Positions 15,977 to 22,019 of a stretch of 22,019 bases of DNA are shown here, in pieces. The stretch is from positions 1-22,019 of the forward strand of contig JABIGM010000034.1 of NCBI GenBank assembly GCA_018650165.1. The letters run 5' to 3'. Both the position numbers and the translations under genes were made by a program. This DNA is from Methanobacteriota archaeon (GTDB lineage: Archaea > Thermoplasmatota > Poseidoniia > Poseidoniales > Poseidoniaceae). A model generated the notes under the pieces. The model was not told the origin of the DNA. It saw only the letters and a list, made by a program, of their open reading frames with translations, and ran no database searches. The stretch's first letter is position 1, and each line of letters starts with the position of its first letter.

Positions 15977-16456
15977 TTTGACCATAGTTGTAACATAGAC
16001 CATTCCTAGAATCCCTACAACCAGTATCGTAATGGCTCCAAATGCGTACTGGTCCTTACCATCCCATGTCGAAGGCCCAAGTAAAATACCACTTCCTTTG
16101 GTGGACACATACCAAACAAAGTATGCCGAAATCGAAGTCATTAGACCAATCATTCCTACAATTATAAATTTTACATGGCGAAGCAGGGTTTTGCCTGTTG
16201 CATAGTATTCAAATAACGCAGGGCCGAAGAAACGATTTGTAAGAGTCCATCTGAATAATTTTTCATTAGATAAAGAAAACAAGAACGCTGCAGGTACCGC
16301 CCATGAAACCGTGGGCCACCCGGGTATCCAAATCCCAACGATAGCGAAGATAACGAAGATTGAGCCGAGGCCCATGTAAATCCGACTTTTTACCGGATTA
16401 CTGACTACAGCATACTTTTCGACGACAGCGTCAACCGTGCTCAAACGATTGCCCAT
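15965..16456 (-). CDS. YbaN/DUF454 family inner membrane protein
   Basis: YMGLGSIFVIFAIVGIWIPGWPT...AAFLFS.S...RW.L.NR.FGP...EY matches the DUF454 pattern. An SD-like GGTGAG lies upstream. Confidence 0.78.
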   Translation of the reverse strand: MGNRLSTVDAVVEKYAVVSNPVKSRIYMGLGSIFVIFAIVGIWIPGWPTVSWAVPAAFLFSLSNEKLFRWTLTNRFFGPALFEYYATGKTLLRHVKFIIVGMIGLMTSISAYFVWYVSTKGSGILLGPSTWDGKDQYAFGAITILVVGILGMVYVTTMVKSRK

Positions 16457-16533
16457 GCTACGCGTAAAATCTCACCATTATCAAACATAGTATTGAGCCA
16501 AAGGCATTTTGTCATCCTCGCTATCGGATTGAC

Positions 16534-17172
16534 ATGGCAGAGGAGTGGATTCTACCCCGGGTCGGAACGCCGGGCAATCCTTTGCGATTAGGGGTTTTGA
16601 TTTCTGGTTCAGGCTCAGGGATGGAAGCACTACTTCGCCACCAATCGCAATCAAACTGTATTCATACAACCAATGTGGTAATCAGCGATAGACAAGATGC
16701 TGAGGGGTTATCTAAAGCAGAAAAAAGGGGTGTTACGGCGGTAATTGTACCATTACCTCAAGTTGAAGATTTCAACGAACGGAGACTCATTCACGAACAA
16801 GAGATTAACCAGGTTCTATTTGATCACGGAGTAGAGTTAGTAATTCTGTCAGGATATATGAGGATTCTAACACCGTCATTTGTCAAACCTTGGGCCGGTA
16901 GGTTGCTGAATATCCATCCTTCTCTTTTACCAGATTTTCCCGGGGCACATGCGCACAGGGACGCAATAGCTGCCAAAGCACGCCAGTCCGGGTGTACAGT
17001 ACATTTCGTTGATAGCGGAATGGACTCAGGGCCAATTATTTCTCAAGCATCGGTCGAAGTGTTACCTTCAGATGACGAAACGACTCTTGCTGAAAAAATA
17101 AAAGTCGAGGAGCACCGCATCTATCCCGAGGTCATCGATCGACTTTCTGCAGGAGATATTGAATCTCCCTGA
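16534..17172 (+). CDS. purN: Phosphoribosylglycinamide formyltransferase
   Basis: LGVLISGSGSGM, VILSGYMRIL, LLNIHPSLLPDFPG, SGCTVHFVDSGMDSGPII and EEHRIYP. Confidence 0.96.
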   Translation: MAEEWILPRVGTPGNPLRLGVLISGSGSGMEALLRHQSQSNCIHTTNVVISDRQDAEGLSKAEKRGVTAVIVPLPQVEDFNERRLIHEQEINQVLFDHGVELVILSGYMRILTPSFVKPWAGRLLNIHPSLLPDFPGAHAHRDAIAAKARQSGCTVHFVDSGMDSGPIISQASVEVLPSDDETTLAEKIKVEEHRIYPEVIDRLSAGDIESP

Positions 17173-17632
17173 GTTGTTCTGGCGTATTGATGTTCCTTGC
17201 CTTTATGCCTCCTTCACACGACTTAAGGGGGCTAAACATTTCGCTAATACGCAACGAACGAACCAGTGGTATTTCGACATTAAAACCTGCTAGCAAAGGC
17301 TGCCGTCCCCCGAATTCATCAGTCGGGACGCCATCGATTCTTGAAAACAATTCAGCATCTGCCAAATAGGCATCACAAGGGGCCAACTGTACTCTACCAC
17401 TTATTTTGCTAAGGACAAAAAGAAGCGACTCTGCAAGAGTTTCTGCAGAATCTTCAACACATTCTTCTGTAAATAATGGGAACCTTTCTTTCCCGCCACA
17501 CATAACTATTATTCGTTCACAACCAGATTTTCTCAATTCGTTTGACAACCTTTCTACATTCAAATTAATCATGGATTTATCTTCACCCATACGGGTGGAT
17601 TTACCACCTGCTAAGATTATTCCAGTAGCCAT
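17132..17632 (-). CDS. MobA-like NTP transferase (NTP_transf_3), compact
   Basis: GIILAGGKSTRMGEDK, APCD and NINTPEQL. The GPLxG motif is not evident, so Moco guanylyltransferase activity is not assured. Confidence 0.75.
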   Translation of the reverse strand: MATGIILAGGKSTRMGEDKSMINLNVERLSNELRKSGCERIIVMCGGKERFPLFTEECVEDSAETLAESLLFVLSKISGRVQLAPCDAYLADAELFSRIDGVPTDEFGGRQPLLAGFNVEIPLVRSLRISEMFSPLKSCEGGIKARNINTPEQLREIQYLLQKVDR

Positions 17633-17642
17633 TTAACACACC

Positions 17643-17852
17643 TCAGTGCATCGAATCAAGGCCATCTAATGATAATTCAACTTCACCAAGTAATTCATGA
17701 ACTCTAGATAACAAAGCGCGCCTTTCTTTTGATGAGCGAGCCTGAGGTAGCCATTCTAACAAACGCCTGATATCCTGGGCATCACGTGTAACAGTCCAGT
17801 TCAGAACCTCCTCGAGAACGGGGTCATCTGCTGGTAAAAAGCGGTCTGCCAT
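17643..17852 (-). CDS. Small alpha-helical hypothetical protein
   Basis: 69-aa ORF that exactly fills the gap in a co-oriented minus-strand run (10 nt to the next gene). Confidence 0.7.
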   Translation of the reverse strand: MADRFLPADDPVLEEVLNWTVTRDAQDIRRLLEWLPQARSSKERRALLSRVHELLGEVELSLDGLDSMH

Positions 17853-17884
17853 ATTGTATGCTTATTGAAAGGTAATCAATAAAC

Positions 17885-18460
17885 TCACGCGCCAAGAGAA
17901 CGACTTCGAATACGTTCGAATAATTCTCCGCCCGGCGGGGCACTTTGAACCAATTCAACAAATTCATCTCTCATGTCTAAGGATGCAATCAGCATGACGT
18001 TTTGTTTCTGGACTTTGCTGGCATTCCACTCCTTCAACATCGAAGCCGATGGTATTGGGCGGCCGGAGCGTTTGATTTCTTCAGCCATTTCTAGCACGAG
18101 GTCAATTGGAAGCGCCTTATCGACCAATTCTAGCATTTTACACCACGCGTCCCCTTCGATATTCGCAAGTAGTAACCCAATTAATTTGACATCCTCTCTT
18201 CCGCACCTCTTCCATAGGCGAGCGACCAATTCATCAGATCTGCTAGGGTAATTTGTTAGAATCCAAGAGGCAATTCTCCTCATGGTAGGGTCGTCGGTTC
18301 CGATGTGGAACGATAGGCCGCTTTGAAGAAGCAATTTATCGGTAATAGAACGGTTAACCAGGCCCTGGGCTCCACAATCATATGCCCGTTTGATAAAACG
18401 TAGCACCTTCCTACCTTTCGGTAAACCTTCATCAAATAACCTATCGAGGTCATCGATCAC
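17885..18460 (-). CDS. Hypothetical alpha-helical protein; weak resemblance to AlkD/HEAT-like DNA alkylation repair family
   Basis: Co-oriented ORF with a GTG start 9 nt after the upstream stop. LWKRCGREDVKLIGLLL recalls the LW...RE motif. The CDS is likely real; the family call is weak. Confidence 0.6.
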   Translation of the reverse strand: MIDDLDRLFDEGLPKGRKVLRFIKRAYDCGAQGLVNRSITDKLLLQSGLSFHIGTDDPTMRRIASWILTNYPSRSDELVARLWKRCGREDVKLIGLLLANIEGDAWCKMLELVDKALPIDLVLEMAEEIKRSGRPIPSASMLKEWNASKVQKQNVMLIASLDMRDEFVELVQSAPPGGELFERIRSRSLGA

Positions 18461-18469
18461 AGATTCACC

Positions 18470-18943
18470 TCAAGCACTTTTTGTTCGTACGCTATCGAAT
18501 AGGCTTCCAACCAAAGACACACTATCTTTCAAAGTACCAAGCAATTTGTTAACGACATTCTCATCCTCTGTTTTCTGTCTAATCATATCTCGCAAATTAG
18601 CTTCAATCTGCGCATGGTCTTCATCGTCAATATCGAATTCTTGTCTAAGGTGTGCTAAAACAGCGAATTCATCCTTCGAAAGAGATGCATTTACAATCGC
18701 AACTTCGAAAACCCGCTCATAAACCAATCTTTGTTCGTTTGGAGTAACATCGCGCCCCGGCGGAGTTACAATGCCTTCTCTTATGGCAGAATATATTTCA
18801 GTTGGTTCATCCGCAGAAAGGCCTAATGCATTGGCCAGTTTGATGATTAGGCGTTTTTCTTCACGTGTCAAAACACCATCATGAAGCATAACCTCTACGG
18901 TTGTCCTAAACACATCAAGTGCCCCAACACTATCGCCGCTCAC
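18470..18943 (-). CDS. TerB-like (tellurite resistance TerB fold) domain protein
   Basis: Two repeats of the TerB-type pattern: HDGVLTREEKRLIIKLANALGL and VNASLSKDEFAVLAHLRQEFDI. GTG start with a GGTTCAAG box 23 nt upstream. Confidence 0.65.
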   Translation of the reverse strand: MSGDSVGALDVFRTTVEVMLHDGVLTREEKRLIIKLANALGLSADEPTEIYSAIREGIVTPPGRDVTPNEQRLVYERVFEVAIVNASLSKDEFAVLAHLRQEFDIDDEDHAQIEANLRDMIRQKTEDENVVNKLLGTLKDSVSLVGSLFDSVRTKSA

Positions 18944-18966
18944 AACTCGGCGAGAACCGTCTTACA

Positions 18967-19030
18967 CTTGAACCTCGTTGATTGGCATTGAAATCGAAAT
19001 ACATCGATTATTTCCGTGACAGGGTTCAAG
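18967..19030. promoter_or_regulatory. Divergent promoter pair (inverted GGTTCAAG boxes)
   Basis: CTTGAACC (18967-18974) and GGTTCAAG (19023-19030) are exact inverted copies, 23 nt before GTG 18943 and 22 nt before ATG 19053. Confidence 0.6.
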
Positions 19031-19052
19031 AAGGAGGGGCGAGTCCGAAGGT

Positions 19053-19148
19053 ATGTTCAAATCCGATTCACGGCCACATAAATGCCCCTTTTTGGAGCAA
19101 GCGGCCACCCTGGAAATATGCCGAAGGCACATTGAAAGGAGAGTGTAA
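19053..19148 (+). CDS. Candidate 31-aa microprotein / uORF upstream of dnaG (MFKSDSRPHKCPFLEQAATLEICRRHIERRV)
   Basis: My own translation. The ATG sits at the leaderless position relative to the GGTTCAAG box. No known family recognised. Confidence 0.35.
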   Translation: MFKSDSRPHKCPFLEQAATLEICRRHIERRV

Positions 19149-19173
19149 AGGCTGAGAATAAGGAGAGATTCCT

Positions 19174-20391
19174 ATGGTAAAAAAACACAACGGAGGGGGT
19201 TCTAAAGGCGGCGCTGGCAAATCTAGCAAAGCAATGAAGTACCTCATTAAAGCAGACCTAAAGGTAAATGGAAACGTCCAACGCAAGGATATAATTGGCG
19301 CAATTATGGGGCAGACCGAAGGTCTGCTCGGAGATGATCTAGAACTACGCAAACTACAACGCACCGCTCGAATCGGCCACGTCGATGTCGAAGTGAAAAG
19401 TAGTGGCGGTAAAGTGAACGGTCAAATTCTCATTCCAAGTAGTATGGACAATGTAGAGACCGCAATTATTGCATCTAGTCTCGAAACAATAGACAGAATT
19501 GGCCCGTGTGCAGCCAAGATTACAGTTTCTGAAATTCAAGATGTACGCTCAACTAAGGTTAACGCGGTAATAGACCGTGCAAAAGATCTGTTGTTGGTCA
19601 TGGTCAATTCTGGCGATGCAGCTACAAAGACAGTAATCGAAGAAGTTCGAAGCGTACTTACAGTTGGTACAGCAAAGAACTACCACGGTTTGACTTGTGG
19701 TCCAAATGTAGAAACTAGCGATTCGCTGATTATTGTAGAAGGACGCAATGATGTTCGTAACCTTCTCAATTTCGGCGTCAAGAATGCAATTTCTTGTGAC
19801 GGCGCAGGTAATATCAAACAAGAGCTGGTAGAACTAGCAGCAACTAAAGAAAATGTCATCCTAGCAATTGATGGAGATCGCGGAGGAGAAATGTTATTCC
19901 GCCAACTCAATGAAATGATAAAGATACACTTCGTTGCGCAAGCACCAGTTGGGCAAGAGTGGGAATTACTTCCACAGAAAACAGCAACTAAGTGTCTTTC
20001 ACAAAAGGTCGAAACTGCTAAGTTTGCAGCAAAACTACCTGCCGATACTCCTAGCGAAGGTTCAGATGCATGGTTGGAAGAAGCAGCAGCAGAAGAAGCA
20101 CCGGCTGAAGTACACGAATACTTTGACCATATTGCTGACTTGAAAGCTAACAATGCAGTGTTTGTAAATGTGGATGGAACTATTTCTGAAGCAGTCGGAC
20201 CCAAAAGCCTGGCATCAGCAGCAGTAGAAGCAGATGGCGCAGTTGCAATTGTATTCAATGGAGCAGTCAGCGACAGGATTCTTGACATCGCTTCAGAAGC
20301 AGCAATTGAAACAGTTATCGGTACCAAGGAAGGCAAAGGATTCGCATCTCGCGATGACGTCAAGGCTTGGCTTACCGAGAAGCATGCTTGA
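19174..20391 (+). CDS. dnaG: Archaeal DnaG-type protein (TOPRIM; exosome-associated)
   Basis: KYLIKA, DIIGAIMGQTEGLLG, RIGHVDV, ETAIIASSLETIDRIGPC, IIVEGRNDV and IDGDRGGE (TOPRIM DxD). An SD-like AAGGAGA lies upstream. Confidence 0.93.
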   Translation: MVKKHNGGGSKGGAGKSSKAMKYLIKADLKVNGNVQRKDIIGAIMGQTEGLLGDDLELRKLQRTARIGHVDVEVKSSGGKVNGQILIPSSMDNVETAIIASSLETIDRIGPCAAKITVSEIQDVRSTKVNAVIDRAKDLLLVMVNSGDAATKTVIEEVRSVLTVGTAKNYHGLTCGPNVETSDSLIIVEGRNDVRNLLNFGVKNAISCDGAGNIKQELVELAATKENVILAIDGDRGGEMLFRQLNEMIKIHFVAQAPVGQEWELLPQKTATKCLSQKVETAKFAAKLPADTPSEGSDAWLEEAAAEEAPAEVHEYFDHIADLKANNAVFVNVDGTISEAVGPKSLASAAVEADGAVAIVFNGAVSDRILDIASEAAIETVIGTKEGKGFASRDDVKAWLTEKHA

Positions 20392-20441
20392 GCGGTTCAC
20401 CAAGGTGAATGTTCATCAGCGGACAGAGTTCATCCCCGCGC

Positions 20442-22019
20442 ATGGGCGATGACACTTCACCCGCAGCGATGGCTGCATCAGCAGTTTCTGTAGAGAACAA
20501 ATCAGGAGCCCAGTTGGCTCTTGCGTTGACTGTATTTGCACTTGTTTTAGCGTCCAATTCGATAATTAACGAATCATGGCGAACCACAACTCTAGAAGTA
20601 GGAGATTTCTCATTTACAAATAGCTTCAGTCTGACTGAGCGGACTGTAGATAATACGGCAAACGACGATGTCGATACGGAGTCTTTTGAATCTATTTACG
20701 ATGATGATTGTAAGGACCCAGAGGGGGAATTAATCGAAGAGCATTGTAGTGCAATAAAAGATTACCACGACGCAGGAATTGTTGCAATAATCATGTTGAT
20801 TCTTAGTAGCATAATATTACTAGTTGCAACCGTTATGCAAGTCCGTTCGATGATTGGAATGGGTCAAAGAGTCCCAAATATAATTTCAGCAATCGGCGGT
20901 ATATTGGTTGGTCTTTCGGTTTTAAGTTGGTGGCTGATGTTACCAGAAATTGAAAAAACCGACTTCGAATGGGGCCAGGGATTTTGGATGGCATTAGTCG
21001 CCGCTGGCGCAGGCCTAATTGCAGGATTTAGTGGAACGCTCCAATCTTGGATAGACGGACCTCCACGAATGAGAGCTCATGGCGTAAGAGCGGGCCTAGA
21101 TATGAATGAATTTGTATTGAAAGAGTCATCATGTGGCAACCATACACTTTCGATATTAGCAGATTCTGATTTAGTTAGAGTCGTGCGAGTCGAGCGAATC
21201 GGGGCCTCGCCCGCAATCAAGGATGTATTAGCAACTAGGAGAGACTCATACACAGGATTCTCACACCAAAGATTAGATTGGCTTGATGATTTCAAGGGAT
21301 TATGGTGGGTGATTAGTGGCGCAACACTGATTTCATCATTTATGATAAGTTCATTATTCCTAATTCCATTTACTGTTGCAGCATTGCTTGCACTAATGCA
21401 ATTAATGGACCCTGAAAGATTTGTAGTTTCAACCAATTCAGGTAATCATCCGTTCTACATTAACCGCTGGCGTTCAAATAGGGAATTGACCAATCTTTCA
21501 ATGGATTTAGTTGATGATGCAATGATTGCAGTACTTCGTGGCGAAGAGTTGGATACGGACATCCTTGATGCGAGGTCCGATTTAATCGCAGAGCGATTTA
21601 GTGCTGAACGGGATGCAAAACAAGAAGCGGAGCAAGCAGCAGCAGAAGAAAAAGCAGCATTTATTGAAGCAGTACAACCTGCTCCAGAGCAACCGGTTGT
21701 AGAAGTAATTCCGGCACCACCTGAAGCCGTACAAGAAGCGGAATCTACGAATGACCCTACAGCAGATCCGGATTGGCCAGAAACCAACCAATCCCCTCTG
21801 GCCCAAATCGAAGCAGCAGCAGTTTCACCGGTTGTCATAGAAGCGGAGCCACAAGATGAGCCACAAAATGAACCAGAAGTAGAGGCCGAAGTAGAAGTTG
21901 ACGCGCCTGGCGAGGAAATAGAAACAATTTCCGAACCGACCCCTCCCCCAGCGATTGAACAGCCAGTAACAATACCTCCACCTCCACCTTTACCTGGAGT
22001 AATTGCACCCCCACCTCCA
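20442..22019 (+). CDS. Multi-pass membrane protein with a Pro/Glu/Ala-rich C-terminal tail; 3'-truncated and absent from the ORF track
   Basis: My own translation is open from ATG 20442 (alternative 20409) to the window end: MGDDTSPAAMAASAVSVENKSGAQLALALTVFALVLAS...PPPPLPGVIAPPP. About 6 TM segments; a TTCATCAG box lies 22 nt upstream. Confidence 0.85.
   Translation, partial: MGDDTSPAAMAASAVSVENKSGAQLALALTVFALVLASNSIINESWRTTTLEVGDFSFTNSFSLTERTVDNTANDDVDTESFESIYDDDCKDPEGELIEEHCSAIKDYHDAGIVAIIMLILSSIILLVATVMQVRSMIGMGQRVPNIISAIGGILVGLSVLSWWLMLPEIEKTDFEWGQGFWMALVAAGAGLIAGFSGTLQSWIDGPPRMRAHGVRAGLDMNEFVLKESSCGNHTLSILADSDLVRVVRVERIGASPAIKDVLATRRDSYTGFSHQRLDWLDDFKGLWWVISGATLISSFMISSLFLIPFTVAALLALMQLMDPERFVVSTNSGNHPFYINRWRSNRELTNLSMDLVDDAMIAVLRGEELDTDILDARSDLIAERFSAERDAKQEAEQAAAEEKAAFIEAVQPAPEQPVVEVIPAPPEAVQEAESTNDPTADPDWPETNQSPLAQIEAAAVSPVVIEAEPQDEPQNEPEVEAEVEVDAPGEEIETISEPTPPPAIEQPVTIPPPPPLPGVIAPPPP

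Noticed and set aside
19051-19080. tRNA T-loop-like GTTCAAATCC followed by ...GGCCA
   Set aside because: The flanks do not form a T-stem, and no acceptor, D or anticodon arms are present.
18982-19155. Alternative TTG-started 57-codon ORF (LALKSKYIDYFRDR...GECKG) in the dnaG upstream gap
   Set aside because: It would run through the predicted promoter box and has no promoter or SD of its own. It is less parsimonious than ATG 19053, though not excluded.
19031-19173. Glycine riboswitch-like words (CCGAAGG, GGAGCAA, GGAGAG)
   Set aside because: The words are in the wrong order, the CUCUCAGG element is missing, and the downstream gene (dnaG) is unrelated to glycine metabolism.
19680-20363. 227-aa antisense ORF opposite dnaG; similar shadow ORFs at 13517-14107, 4875-5426, 2350-2862, 107-529 and 21077-21838
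   Set aside because: They lie opposite well-supported genes, are Ser/Ala-biased, carry no motifs, and are expected from sense-strand codon bias.
20395-20409. TTCACC-AA-GGTGAA inverted repeat after dnaG as a terminator
   Set aside because: The loop is 2 nt, no U-tract follows, and it lies immediately upstream of the next promoter-like box. The function cannot be supported.
1-22019. CRISPR array, IS/transposase, integrase, rRNA or tRNA genes
   Set aside because: The window is almost fully coding. No spaced direct repeats, terminal inverted repeats or RNA-gene signatures were found in the short intergenic gaps.

Overview
This is a gene-dense archaeal window, most likely from Marine Group II Euryarchaeota (Ca. 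Poseidoniales). That placement is inferred from archaeal-type DnaG, a group II chaperonin and a PINA-type ATPase sitting alongside bacterial-type aceE, purH and purN. I find about 24 CDSs and no rRNA, tRNA, CRISPR array or mobile element. Most genes are housekeeping or conserved hypotheticals. Five coding features stand out: (1) a HerA/FtsK-family ATPase fused to a C-terminal ~6-TM domain and translationally coupled to an iodotyrosine-deiodinase-type flavoprotein; (2) a PINA ATPase lacking its PIN nuclease domain, with a perfect 8-bp inverted repeat directly before its start codon; (3) a membrane protein missing from the ORF track, with a claudin/PMP22-like 4-TM module and a Pro/Glu-rich tail; (4) a 2-TM protein coupled to a CYTH enzyme; (5) a thermosome paralogue with a degenerate GDGTT motif. 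A recurrent non-canonical TATA-like box (TCAAG/TCATSAR) lies 22-25 nt before start codons, and it predicts an unannotated 31-aa His/Cys-containing ORF upstream of dnaG. All family assignments come from motif recognition by eye; no searches were run.
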